A stretch of DNA of 62,260 nucleotides, filler included, from Sphacelaria rigidula (taxonomy: Eukaryota), in the NCBI GenBank assembly GCA_964200075.2. It is 8 parts of 8 records of this genome, joined end to end, with 100 filler letters (N's around TTAATTAATTAA, not from the genome) between each part and the next. Parts side by side here need not be neighbours in the genome. Positions count along the whole stretch, not along the records: positions 23,388 to 31,082 come from CAXNAA020013762.1; positions 31,183 to 38,877 come from CAXNAA020013763.1; 6 more parts are not named here. The stretch is one strand, 5' to 3'. Position 1 is the first letter of the stretch; every line of letters begins with the position of its first letter. The notes under the pieces were generated by a model, which was not told the DNA's origin, searched no databases, and worked only from the letters and a program-made list of their open reading frames with translations. A program made the translations under genes and the position numbers. Positions 23,288 through 38,180 of this stretch are shown here, piece by piece.

Positions 23288-26019
23288 NNNNNNNNNNNNN
23301 NNNNNNNNNNNNNNNNNNNNNNNNNNNNNNNTTAATTAATTAANNNNNNNNNNNNNNNNNNNNNNNNNNNNNNNNNNNNNNNNNNNNGTTTTGCAAACTC
23401 GACGCGCGAGAGGTAGACATGAACACAGGGTCCGACTACGGGCGAGCTTCACGAGCATAATTTTTGGCGAGATTAACTGAATGAAAAAATTACTTCACTC
23501 GCACAGGAGGTAAAAGGTTGCCGCCGGGCCACGTTTTCTAAAGTTTATTGATGACTTCTTCGAGCGAGTACAGTGAGCGTCGCCTCGGAACAGTTTCATA
23601 GTCAGTCTGGAGACATCGAAGGGTTTTCAGTGGGAAAGAAGGTCTGTCCGCAGAGCAACCCGGATCCTCACCCAGTCAACCATGTGTTTGGAAGTTTCCC
23701 GCGAAAGATTCCAAGCCAGGACCGAGGCCCGAGAGGCACGGAATCACCAATCCCACCAATTACGGCCGTCAGAACTGGCACGTGGTTTCCCTGGAGGTGG
23801 ACTACGGGTGGACTACTTCGCTATCTGGAAATGTTTTCCTCATTTTCGTCTTGGCAATTCAACTACTGTATAGATATCATGGGCACAAAAAACGCGTTTT
23901 GTACTCTGCTCGTAGTCTTCGCCGCCTCTCTGATCCCTCATGTGTCGACAGCATAGCTTCACACTGTACTTGTGGGGCACTGATGAGCAGAGGTATCAGC
24001 AGCGTCCAGTAAATTGTGTGCAGTGGAAAGCATGCTGAATGTTACACGTTGTACCCAGCGGATCTAGGGGGACGCTGTCTGACGGTTTCCAGGAAACTAG
24101 TCTCCCTCAAATCACTTCGTTCTCGTAAACCAACCTCTCTGGAACAAAACCCCTCACCGTACTATTATACTTATCTCTACTAGCTATGGTGACTTGGGCA
24201 CGAATATCTCATGACGCGGGGTATGCGGGTAGACTGGTCTCGGCGCGTATCTCCGCACATTATTTCTTCACCAAAAAATGTTCCGTCACATGGTCGCAAG
24301 TAGGCTTCGTCTCTCCACCAAAAGCAAATAATGTATTGAGAATGCCGAGCGAGAAAGATGCGGGCGAAAGGGCAACTAACTGGCGCCTGGGCGCCGACAA
24401 GGTCAACCCTTCGACCTCAAGCCAGGGTTAGTCACCTGAATCTTTCACACATGTTCCAGGTCAAGATGATACTGATTTACGACTACCCCTGAAGCTCAGG
24501 TGTTGAGGCCGACCGGCCTTGTAGTGGGACCACGACTGAATTCATGGTAGTAATGATCATTACTCACAGTGGAACTCACACTCGCGTCCAGGACAAACGC
24601 TACACTGTGGAACAGGTCCCGTAACCCGAGACGTGAGCACAATACAATGATTCGATGAAGCCATTTCCACTCGCAAGCTGAATACAGAATGTAGGCATCG
24701 GGCTTGATGCTGCGTAGGCTTGCGATGGCCCCAACATCCACAAAAGAACACATTTCGACGAGTAACACACAGCAACCGCGTTCCGAGGCTGGGCGACTGT
24801 CGATTTTCGTAGCAAACCCATCTCGAAGTAGAATGAGTCCTATATTGCAATTTGGATGCGATGAACGCGTCCCTACCGTGCGGAGTGAAACAAACCCTCG
24901 TGCACATCGAGTGCAGGGCAGAGAGCATGAATGCACGGATCTGGATGCAGACCGCGACAGCAGGAGGGCGGACGTGTATGTTAGCATCGGGAATGACAAA
25001 TACAACGTAGTAGTTGTCTCGAAAACGCCAGGCTGATGTAGCAGACGCAGGGCAAACACCGCTCTCCCCCTCACTGATGACCCGCTTTCCCACTTCCAAT
25101 TCATGCTGCTCGACGTTCGGGAACAACAGAGGCTCACCAGAATTTGACTTTTGAACACCTGTGCGTCCAACCTTCCAGCTTACTTCTCATTTGCATGAGC
25201 GACCACGAGTCAACAGTGGCATATCCTTTGCGAAATACAATATGGGTTCATTCTACTCTCCTCTGGCCAAGCTAGACTTTCTTGGGCCGACCTTGGGAGA
25301 GTGCAGGTGAAGATTTGGTTGCACAAGGGTACATACAAACTATCCCTGAATTCCGCAGGGGTTGTGGTCTGCAGGCTAGGCCGCACCACAACCTGTTGGC
25401 TGCACTGAATATGATCAGTGAAAGTTGCTCACGCATTCATGACCCGGCAGGGCTTTTGGGTTTTTGCAGGTAATGTGTACTGCGGTCGCAACTCTTCCCG
25501 CTGAAAGACACCTGTCGCCCGACGGAGGTGTGGGCGTGACATGTGTACACAATAACAAAAACGACGCACAGCGATCAAAGGACCACTCTATCGTATGATT
25601 TTTCAAGGCCGGGTCTTTGAGAGGAACGCGCGACGGAATATATCTCGCATGGACTAGTTCTATTGCTACAATTCGCACTTCGTGATATCATAGAAGGCCG
25701 AGAGACAGGCACGCGCGATCATGAGAACCTTATGAACTACACTTGTGTGCCGGACCTCATCCACGAAGAACTTGCATCCAGAAAGGGCGGGATTACCTCT
25801 CTAGTAGGGATGAACATAACGGTAACAAGGGGCCAACAGCTTACAGACCCCAAAACCGCGCGTACGGGCTTTGGAGAAGAGATGCGGTAGAAGTTGACCT
25901 CACTTTCTTCCTCTCCAGAACCCCATCGCTCCTACCCAAACTCCCCCTGCGTCCATGTGACATTCTTCTACACGTCGGTCCCCTTCAATTGTTCTTCCTT
26001 TTTGTAGTGCAAAGAGCTA

Positions 26020-27525
<1,506 letters not shown>

Positions 27526-28567
27526 CTACACCTCGTGCAGGCCGCTCGCTAGCTCTCCCGACCAAAGCCCCTCAGCTCTCTGGCTCTCCCTGAACAAAAA
27601 GCGCTCTATTTTAATTTTTACGCCCCCCCCTTCAGAAAGACCCAACCAGCGACGCCGCTGTTCTATTTCGTCCAGCTTCCGTCTCTCGTGTGTTTGTTCG
27701 GTTTTTCCGATCTCGTACCTGACTTGTCCGCACCCTGCTTTACTACTCAACCAAAGCAGGTGATGTGGGACGTGAGAAGTTGGCTGCAGGTTAGCCCGGC
27801 TAGTATCACTTCTGTTGTCACGCGGAGTCCGTTATAGACCCCAAAAACCAAAATCGACAAAGAGAAGACAAATGAATCCGGAACATTATCCGGGATTTAA
27901 TCCGTCAGCATTGGATATTATCGGAATAGCTGAGACGATTCTTCACACATCCGGCAATCCGGCCGTACACGTGTCACCCGCCATGGCCGATCGAGATTTT
28001 GACTTGATTTCTATGAAGCACAAGTGTCACAACTCCCGTCTACCACGTCCTTCCAGAGAAATACAGGTGAGTGAGTGTATGCGATAATACGCCTATTCAC
28101 ACATGGCCGTCTCCCTCAGGAAAAAACACAGTAAGTGTGCATCTCTTGATTGTTTTCTTTTTATCACAGCGTGTATGTGGAGGAAGCGAGGGAGATGCTC
28201 CTTTCTGTTCACATCGAGTCGTGCGGAACGGGAGAGTAGGTGCACGTCTAGGCCCTCTTGAAACACACTCGACGACTTTTCTGAAGCCAAGAATCTGTCG
28301 CCTGGCAGACTTGTGAATGCTGACCGCGCAAGTCGCCGTCTAGCCTCTCCCTCTCGCATACACGGTCATCAACTTCACGACCCATAAACTGCTCGCTTCT
28401 TATGTCACCCTCCCGCCCGACCACGCATCAATCTCCGAGCTCTTCCAAATCCTTTCTTGGAACAAGTATTATGTGTATGTTGATGACAATCCCAACACAT
28501 GAACGTCGTCTGCATGTTGATACCGCGCATGCACAGAGCAGCGGTTATCTCACTTGCGGGGGGCAAA

Positions 28568-28744
28568 ATGAGGACCGCATCTGCTCTATTTTTCGCGGCG
28601 TTGGGAGCCGTGCTGTCCACGTGCCAGCAAGGGGCGGCCGCAGGGGGTTTCTTCGGACCGGCGTACGCTAATGCTGTGGGGCGACCACGATCGGGATTTT
28701 TGTGGAGATGGGGATTGCCTCGCGAGGAGACAACGGTGGAAAAG
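28568..28744 (+). CDS. Putative first coding exon of a secreted or organelle-targeted protein
   Basis: CAAAATG context, signal-peptide-like MRTASALFFAALGAVLSTCQQGAAAG, and a phase-0 AAG|GTAGAT donor. No downstream exon was identified. Confidence 0.5.
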
Positions 28745-30723
28745 GTAGATTTGGGGGACGTGTTCGTTTGTACCCCACGTGAAGTTACCTCAGTTGGCAG
28801 GCCGTGCATATAGATTTAGAGCGGGTAGGTGATCCACATGCGCGGCAATCCCACCGGTACCTGTATAATTAGATTCAACTCTGCGTCTTCTCACTGTTTT
28901 GTGCATGGTGACTGTGCATTTCCCCCCATGCACACTCCCACCCATACCCATTGTAAATATTTTCAGCACAGCAACTACCGTCAGAATGGTGTGGTGTGGT
29001 AGTTCTTGACAGTCTCTGATTTGAACAATATATGTCAACACGTACCATGAGTATTTACGATTTCCTCATTCTTGCTGAGGAAGATGCTTCAAAACCCTTG
29101 CATTTTTTCCCGAGGACGAGAATCACCCTCTCCTCCGCCAAAGCTTGGGAGTTTGGGGGTATTTTCTCCTTTGGAAGCCTGTGTCGCTACTTTTTCCGCA
29201 GCCGTCGTGTTGTCGCCTGCCGGTATATTTACTTTCCAGCCAGCTGCTTCAAGTTTCGGACTGCGCAGATGATTCTTCTCTGTACTGCCGTTCATCATTT
29301 GTACATGTGAAGTTATCCTCCAAATGCGGATCGCGCATCTTTCTGCGTTACGACTAATAGGACTATCCTCATACAAGAGTTATACTCAAACTGCGCATGG
29401 GATGCTCGCTGACAGACTGCAATGGCGTTGCAACCCGTGCCATCAACGGCAAGTCACAGTTGTGGATACCTTCCACTATCATTTAACACAGGACAAGCAG
29501 TGCGTTTTCAACCCACTGCACGTCCGCGATCTCCACAATAACGGGAAGCAGACGGCGTGTGTCTTGTATCACGACTGCAGATTACCCCGCAGCTCCGGCA
29601 CGGCTACTGTCTGTACATGTCTGCACCAGGCCACCTTTCATGTTTCGAAAGTCGTCGTACACTTCACCATGTTGAGGGCGGTTCGCTGTTGGTATTCCAG
29701 CTGTTTTCCGCCGCGAAAAGTTTCAAGTGCCCACGGTAAGACAATCAAAGATACAACGACACGACATCCGGAGGGGAACCCTGTGATGTCGTCTCGACAG
29801 AGAAACCTGAAGCTTGGTTGTGATTGTTCCAAGGTATACGGAACCACCTGTTTTCATGTACCTGTTGTTTACTGGTCACTGAAGAGCGAAGTGTGCCACG
29901 ACGTGTCACAGGCGTACTCGTAAGGAAAGTCGGCATACACCCTCATCCTACAAGTGGGCATCCAAGGTTACGAAAAGGTATGGAATGGCCAGTGTCGAAA
30001 ACGTGGTTGACACTCACGACAGCAGACATCAACAGGTATACATCACCGTTATCAACAGTTCAGGGTCTAGGATAGTCCAACATAATACCCGCAACTTACG
30101 ATGGCTGTGCCATGCGCCACCCTCTTGCTTTTGTTTCATCTCCCCTTGCAGTCTACTTATCATTCCCCTCACACTCTGGACCTCTCCTCTTCAGCGGAAT
30201 GAGTCCGTGGTCTCCTAGCATCAAACCCATCTCTCCCGTCGTACACCCCTTGCATTTTGGTCTCACAGATTGTACCAGCACTTCCACATCATATCGACTC
30301 TAGTCAAACAAACACAGTCACCCAAACTCTCATCACTGGCTTTTTTCACGACGGAAACCAGATACTTCACACTTTGTTGTTTTTTCCTTGGGGGGGGAGA
30401 TATGTGGCGTCCGCCGAACTTGCCGTTTGCATAAAAATGACGCGGAGCTCGTGCTGCTGTTTTTGAACTGTACTGGCAGTGGGTAGTGATTTGAACTTTG
30501 TGCGGGTAAGAGAAATTGAGCGTCACGAAGTATTCACTAATGCAGTATGGTATTGCATGACTGTTTTTCGTTGACATCCCAGATTTTTTGTCGGCGTCTA
30601 CTGATGATCAAGCTTGGGGGGGGCGTAGAGAAAGTGCAGTAGCACCTCTACAGTAGCAGGCAGTTAGACCACTTCGTGTGGCAACCAATCCGTATTTGTA
30701 CAAGTATGAGGATTCCAGCCCGT

Positions 30724-30949
30724 TTAAATCCGATTTTCTCCCGTGGATTGACTTTTCGGACCCCAGTCCGTTGGGCAGTGTTTTTCGCCCAGCTCTGAGG
30801 AAACCAGATCAATTCTCCGAATCTATTGGGCACTGACTTTTGGTTCATCACCTTTCTCCTCAGATCGGGAGACTCTAGAGCTGGGCGAAAAACACTGCCC
30901 AACGCAATGGGGTCCGAAAAGTCAATCCACGGGAGAAAATCGGATTTAA
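30724..30949. mobile_element. MITE with ~73-bp TIRs bounded by TTAA
   Basis: TTAAATCCGATTTTCTCCCGTGGATTGACTTTTCGGACCCCA...GCCCAGCTCT and its near-exact reverse complement. Confidence 0.85.
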
Positions 30950-32906
30950 GGCCGTTTCTTCCGGTTGGTTATGTCCTCCCATTATTTGCAAATAACGAGT
31001 GAAAATAACAAGATGACTACTTACGGTTGGTTATTTCACAAGATTCTCGGGAAAAAAATACGAGACGGGGACATTTCACGAGNNNNNNNNNNNNNNNNNN
31101 NNNNNNNNNNNNNNNNNNNNNNNNNNTTAATTAATTAANNNNNNNNNNNNNNNNNNNNNNNNNNNNNNNNNNNNNNNNNNNNATTGATTCATCACGAGTC
31201 GACCCATCATACTATAACCAAGTAATTTTCGGACGAATCATTATTTGTCCGACTCTTGAAAAAGTGCAACCCTACCGTAGCATCACTCCACAGAGGAAGT
31301 ATACGGGTCGGTTTCAGCGTGAACCCTCGACATTTTCTCCACCACGGCCTGTCGTGTGTGCTACATGCACCTCGATTTCCTGACGTTATGGGAGACAACG
31401 AGATAAACACGGGTGTGAGTGCGGACCACGTTGTCGAGTTCTCTGTTGGATGTGCATACACGGGATACAGCCGTCGAGATGTAAGCTTTCACCGACTGGA
31501 AATTGTCGAAGAACAAAAAAAAGGCCACGACAACATATAGGATGAAGAAGCTATTTTCATATTTCAAGAGCACGAAGTTCGATATACCAACAACATACGG
31601 TTTTCAGATCTAGCTCCGGTTCTCGTAGCGATGCTCATTATTCGAGACGCAAGGAGAGATAAACGAAGGGGTAGTGTCGTTCGCAGAAAACGCTCGTACA
31701 TTGGCAGCCACGCTCAGAGCTACGGCAGGGCTGGGGTCTGCGGTTGTCGTGAGAATTTACAGGGCTTTGGTTGGGGAGCAATGCCGCCTGGAAACGTGAC
31801 GAGCGGTAACATTGACATCATAGTTTTTATACTCCGTAAACACCCACTCCTCGTCTGAGAGCGGTGCTACGGTAGGGGTCCACAAATTTCTTCTGAGGTT
31901 CAAATTGTTAGGAGCGTCCTATCTCATAAAAAAAACGACTCATGAAACGCGAGACAGCATGCCACGGTCAGCATGCCGACGGGCTAGGGATGTCCTGTGT
32001 GAAATTGAAGACGAGAACGGCCTGACCTATATTCTTGCGTAGCTGCTACTTTTAGGAGCCCCTGAGTGAGAAGAGATTTGGTCCCAAACGTGCGAGCTCC
32101 CTACCGCAGCATGACTCTCGACGAGCCTACGCGACTGGACGGGCGTGTCACGAACACACGATATGGTAAAGTGCATCGACTTGCAAGGTATTTGGCGCCA
32201 TGTAGAGAAAGAGAGTTTGCCCGCGCTGTTTCTATGGTTGCTCATCAGTCCCCAGTCACTCGAAGGCGTCCCCACTCTCCAAGAATGTGCGACAGTCAGT
32301 CAATAGAGAGTTTCGGGAAACGCTTTTTTGTCCTTTCAAAGTGCAAGGATCTCAAGATCAGAGTGAAAAATAAAAATAAAACCACCTCATCGAAAAAAAA
32401 TTGCGGGGATACCACATTTGACGAAGGGGGAAATAATTTTTCGTTACACTGACCCTGAGATATTTGCACTCTGCTATGACAAAAAAAAAGCGTTTTCCAA
32501 AAAAAAATTAATACTGACTTCCGTTCTCCAGGTCCTCGCCTGCTTCCATACCCCGGAGCTTTCAAGCCCGTTGAACAGCAAAAAAAAAAGGTCAAGTGCC
32601 GGTCTGTGAATGTTCTCTCAGTTACCGCTGAAAGCCTGTTCTTCTCCTCGTCCTAAAAATTGGCACGCTAATGACCTTTATCCACGCACATCACCTCTAT
32701 CCCTCCTCCTCCCCTTCCATAGCCTTGAACGGTGATCGTGGCTTTCCGCTACAGTCATGCCGATGAATACGTGCGTAACCCGGGGCTGTAGTAATAGATT
32801 ATACAAACGCTCTGCTCGTCTCATGGGCACACACATGGTTGGCCCATCATCGTCTCAAATGCCAGGCAAGACAGTGCGACACACACACACACAAAACATC
32901 ACACCT

Positions 32907-33062
32907 TGGACAATATATGGTCAATCGTTGCAATAGACAAGAAACGTACTACATAAAGAACAGGCCTGTTGCAACTATTGTCGGCCGACAATAGTTGCAA
33001 CAGGCCTGTACTTTATGTAGTACGTTTCTTGTCTATTGCAACGATTGACCATATATTGTCCA
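32907..33062. repeat. 156-bp spacerless palindrome
   Basis: 78-bp arms centred on TCGG|CCGA (32984/32985), with one mismatch (32959/33010). Confidence 0.95.
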
Positions 33063-33204
33063 GAGTGTGCAAAACATGGACACAATTTTTCTAGATGAAG
33101 ACGTCAGTGTGTACTGTAATTTAGGTGTAAAAATTCTAACATACATACGATACCGAAGTGGAGACATCACGGCAGTATATGGACTACATACAGTAACACA
33201 TACA

Positions 33205-34018
33205 CTTACTCTGTCCCATAAGCTAGGGAAGTTAAGTTTGTACGAATCCTTAACCGTATGCCATTTTGTTTTCGTTTTCTCCAAGGCATTCTCTGGCGTT
33301 TTCCTAGTTTAAATTAAGTTGGGGGGGAAAACAGATGTCGCTTAACCCACGCGGCCGAACGGCCGAAAAAAATCAATCGGCCCGAAAATGGACATATTTC
33401 GCCCCATTTCCGGGGTAAAAAACAAGGCGAAAAAAATATCTAGTTGTGTTGTCCTCGGCATCACCGGAACTTGATGCCAGCGAACTCCGAGCCTTTTGAA
33501 AGGCCTCCTCGCCGTATTTTACTACCCTTCCCAACGTTCACGCCCCCTGCAGCCCCCTCACCCCCGTGTGTGCCACACTGAAGTTGTTGTCGTCTCACTT
33601 CTGGAGTGTTTGGTTGTAGACCTTGGAGAGGCTGTGCTACACACCTTCTAAAGTGTTACCGTCGTACGCTTCGTACGGCTGCGAGTTTGTCTCTACCGAT
33701 TCGTCTACCGTACTCACATTCGTGTCCCACACTCGTGCCTTGAGAGATGCAGAGAGACCCAAAGCATTCGTGTTCAAGTTCAGGCAACTGGAAAGGCATA
33801 GTGATAAGCTCTATCATCCAAATACGAACAAGAAAAAAAAAATGGGCACATTTTGGCTCATTTCATGCATAGAAATAGAAGCTCGTTTTTTTTTTCCCTG
33901 ACAGGTTCTTCTACGCTTTCATCTTTCCGACGAAACCGAACTAAAATATCGCCACCGACACCGTTATACCCAAACGGCCTAATTCCCATAGCTGCTCTAA
34001 CATATGGGACAGAGTAAG
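33205..34018. mobile_element. Stowaway-like non-autonomous element
   Basis: TIR CTTACTCTGTCCCATA/TATGGGACAGAGTAAG with a right TA. The left interior resembles 12872-13321. Confidence 0.7.
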
Positions 34019-34162
34019 TATATGACTTATGCACAAAGTTTTCAACAGTCGCTCGCAATATGTTTTCACCACAGGCAATATAAGTGATAGTATCTCTCTG
34101 TAACAGCGAGTAAAATTACGAGAAGGAAAAATAACACCCATTTCAGAATAACTTGTATCACT

Positions 34163-37100
34163 TCATAGGACGAGGCCTACTCCGTCCCCGCCGCCGATAA
34201 GGGCACGATACGCCCGCTCTTGTGCTTGCCTCGCGTGAACGTACCGCCGAAAGGCTTCCTTGTTCGGCGTGTGCACGAGGATCCCCCACGCCACCGCCCC
34301 CTTTTTCGTCGCTGCTACCGCAACTCCTCCCTCACCCGTCTCTACCCACCCGCGGCGATCACAGCCTTTGCTTTCGTCCCCGTGGGTGTGCTCTCCTTCC
34401 CCGTGCCCCTGCGGCGGCCGCCATCGCTGTCGCAAGTTGTCATGGTCATGTTCCAACGAAGCCAACATGACGGCCACGCCGAGGGATGTCTGCTCCGTCT
34501 CGGCCGCGTCCTGCAGCACCTCCCGTCCTAGACAATCCGCGAGCACTTGTTGCCACAGCGGAGACGCCGCCATGGCACCTCCGCTCGTCACCACTTTTGC
34601 GTGTTTGTCGACATGGCCAGTCACTACAGCCTTCGCCGCAGGCGAGGCGGCGACTATCGCCGCCGATGCCAATGCCGCCGACCCTGGTGGCACTATCCCG
34701 CTTCGCGCGTTGCGTGCTGCATCAGTACAGCCAACACGACGATCACTCGTACATTGCGGAGGCGAGGATGGCGATATCGGTGGCGTGGGCAGTGTCGATG
34801 GTGGTTCAGCCTTCTCGTCGCTTTCATCACCGGGGGCGGCTGCGGCGGGAACGCGCTCTCTAACTGTCGCCGCCGCCTCGTAATTGCTGCGGCCGTTTCT
34901 GCTGCTGCAGCTACTTTCCTCGTTGTCGTTATTCTGGTTGTTACCGGACACCATGAGGTCGACCACGGCGGCGAGGCGCAGGCAGACGGACTCGAGCCCG
35001 GCTCGCAGCAGCTGGGCACGGGTGGTGGACCGCCTGAGGCCGAGGATGCAGGCCGTCGCGCTGTCGTGGTAGCCCGGGGATCTTTCTCCTGAAAAGAAGG
35101 GTAAAATCTGTGGAATGGGTAATAGAAACAGGTCATCGGTGAAAGGACGGCAGGGATCGAGGCAAAAGGTGAGCGAGCGGGGTGGGTGGACGGTAGAGGG
35201 TATAACAAGGTTTCGGCAGAATATGCAAGTACGAAAAGGAAGGAAGGGAGGAAGACAAGGAAGGAAGGAAGGTGCTGGTGTGAAGGAATCGGGTTGAGGG
35301 GGTATCGGGGAGGGGAATGGGTTATCTGTGCCGGGGTCGCTTTCACATGAGCACCCAAAAAGCTGTCTGAATCACGGCAAGAAGAAAACGTAAAAAAAAC
35401 TGACCAACGACCAACGTGTCAGCGTAAAACGACCTCCACGGTTGGCAAAACAGGAGACAAGGCTTAGGGGTAAAAATAGAACATAATAGGCCATACGGTA
35501 TTTTTCTATACTCCAGAGCTACGTACGAAAAAAACAACGCAGACTTCCACTTTTTCATCCTCGTACCACTAAGCCGTGGCTAGCCGGAACCATCTCCTTC
35601 GCCTCTTCCATCACAGCCTCCAGCTCGCCATCATCACCCCCGACCCTACCCGGAACCGGTGGTACCGCCTGAAAGCCCATCGTATTGCGCATCCACTCAA
35701 ACACGGACCCCCCGTCCGTCAACGAGCCGCCAAGGACAGCCCGATCCCGGTCCAGCCTGTAGCACCAGAGGCCCTTCGGGACGCAGAATTCGGAGACGCT
35801 CGATACTTCCAGCGCTCTTGTTGACGGGGCCGCCGATCTCGCTGTTGCTAATGCCGTCTCCGTTTCTACAGGAGGGACCCTGCGCACCACTCTGGCGGCG
35901 GCGCTGGTGCCCACGGTAACGGAAAGATGGCCGGACGCTTCGTCACATCTGTTTCGCTTATATGTAGACGCGATCCCCGAAGGGGGTGATGAGAGGCAAG
36001 GGATGGTTAGGAGGAGGGAATGGCCGTGTCAAATGGCGTGGGGACTACTGTCGACGGTGGGGTATCTGGGGGGGGGGGGGGATATGAGCATTCGGCGGTG
36101 TCATTCAGAGTTCCTCTAGAAACACAGTTTTGGTGTTGTTGCTTTTGAGGGTGAGATGATTGATTCTCGAAATCTTGGGGGACATGTCCACCCATTTAGG
36201 GGGTCCTGGACCCCGATTCGGCATGAGTTGAAGAAGCAAGGAAAAACAACGGGTGCTACGTTATCTATGGTACTTGAATCCGGCACGGGAAGCGTGGCGG
36301 TAGGTGGCCAGCACCGTTCTAGATCAACCTACCTAAGTCACACCAAGAAATCCCTCATCTACAGGGTACATGGGGGATACATTAGCACGTATGCACACGG
36401 CAGCCTGAGCCCCTGAAATAATCCTACCTCAGCACGATCTTCCACGCAAAAAACGGCCAAAGATCCACAAAAACGCGGGGAATACTTCACATTTCTCACC
36501 CTGATCCCAGACAGGCAGCGGCACCGTCACCCACGCCAAGCCGAACACTCACTCCGTCCAGTTCCGGCCAACGCTTCAGAGCTTGCCCGTGAGCGCTTGC
36601 CCTTAGTCCTCCCACGTCAGTCAACCTCGGCAGGGCCGACGTATCGAGCCCTGCTTCCTCTAACACGCTAAGGGTGGGAGCGTCCCACTGTGTCCATGTG
36701 CACCACAGTTTGTTGCGAGTTCGGCCCGGTCCGGTTCATTCCGATTCATAACCAGATCCCAGGTCCCGCCCAGTCCAATGCAATACGGTGCGATTCAGTC
36801 CAGCATTTATTTCGCGCAGAGGGCAGGGGCAGTTGCACAACGACAAGCATTCTTCGGTGGCGAGCATTTGAAGACAAAGATGATTATTTTCTACGCTGTG
36901 TTGAAGGGGGGGAGGAGGGGGGTACAATGGTTGTCATGTGCGTTGATGTTCAGGATTTCCGTCTCGTTCCAACACGTGACGCTATAACTTGTGTGGGTCA
37001 TCTGTACGGAAAAGCAACCGAGAACGTGGCCCCAGACCCTACAAAAACGCAGGCTAGGCACCACCGTCTCACGCCCCTCCCCCGTCATCCTACCTCTAGC

Positions 37101-38180
37101 GTCCTGAAGTTCAGAAGTCCAGTCCAAGACGCCTCAGAATAGCTAATGGGAGCCCTAGGTAGACAGCACCATCGTGCAGCAATCAGGCTAGGCAAGGTCT
37201 GCCACGTTTTCACCCTGCGGGCAACACCAGGTTGTTGCAGGGCCAGCTTCAGGAGCTGCAACGGAGCGTAGGAAACGTGGGTGTTGGGCGTACCCGTGCG
37301 CTGGCGCGCTTGCTCTAGGCCTCCTTCTCCCTGCGGTCCGGTTCTGTCCCGTGAAGGACGATGAGCGGATTTTGTTTTAAAAAAGCGCGCAGGGAGGTGA
37401 GGAGGGAGCAACAAGACCGATCCATAGCGGTCCCAAATATGTTCAGCAGTTCAGAACTGATGAGGGTACACGCAATGTCTGAAAAAGGCCGTAAGTGGCA
37501 CCGCGCATAGTTCGCGTTTAGGATCAGAAATGCGACAATATTGGCCAAGAACCAAGATACGGAACGCACAAGGCAAGGTGGGGATCGGTCTTTGCAGGCA
37601 GCAAATACTGTTTCGAATATGAGGCATGGGGGGGGCAGGCGGCTGGGGCTCCGAACACTTCGCAACTTCCGTCTGAGAAGCTGAAGCGAGCAAAACCAAC
37701 CAGCGTAACTTCAAGACCCAAAGCACGCAAGGGTTGGCGGTTGCAGTTAGTGTATGCGCCCGCGTGGCAGTGGGAAACGTGGGAAAGAATCTGTCGTACA
37801 GAGTTACCATACGCACAACATGAAGCGCACTCATGGATATGAAGCGAACGTGCAGAAGTTGTGTCTCGGAACTCTACGCTGTGAATTGCCAACAGAGGAG
37901 CGCATCTGCATCCACTGGCGATCGCGTACTCAATTACACTTACCTCTGAAGCGAATCCTTAAGGCGTTTTCTAATCGCACTGTCCGCCGACGGGCAGTTC
38001 CCAGGTAAAACAGAACACCCGTCGTTAGAGCTCAGGTTGGAGTTGGAGTTAGCATTGTTGGCGTACGTATAGACGGGAGTGCAGGGATTACCGTCCGCAC
38101 CAATCCCGACGAGATTCATGCCGAAGCAAGCGAAGCCGACAGCGCAGATCCTATGGGAGATGCGTTGACGGCGGAGCTCA
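34163..38180 (-). CDS. FGGY-family carbohydrate kinase (gluconokinase/xylulokinase-like), 5'-partial; exons 37944-38180, 37094-37343, 36500-36687, 35567-35948, 34163-35107
   Basis: Five phase-consistent exons give ...GFACFGMNLVGIGADGNPCTPVYTY...QRTG..HVSYAP...SYSEASWTGLLNFRTLEWD...GVGDGAAACLGSG...VTVGTSAAAR...GLWCYRLDRDRAVLGGSLTDGGSVFEW...HGLVILPFFSGERSPG...LESV...SGGAMAASPLWQQVLADCLG...stop. The N-terminal DxGSSS exon is off-scaffold. Confidence 0.9.

Noticed and set aside
23879..23956. Signal-peptide-like MGTKNAFCTLLVVFAASLIPHVSTA
   Set aside because: It stops immediately, with no supporting donor or downstream exon.
24496..25170. Overlapping 224-aa and 188-aa ORFs
   Set aside because: No recognisable domain or Rac continuation, and probably intronic in the Rac gene.
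32532..32609. Strong plus-strand acceptor (TACTGAC...CTCCAG) suggesting a terminal exon
   Set aside because: The frame is ambiguous and no upstream exon could be supported.
34220..35092. Several plus-strand ORFs of 100-200 aa (and minus-strand 49319-50134)
   Set aside because: They are antisense shadows of GC-rich real exons.
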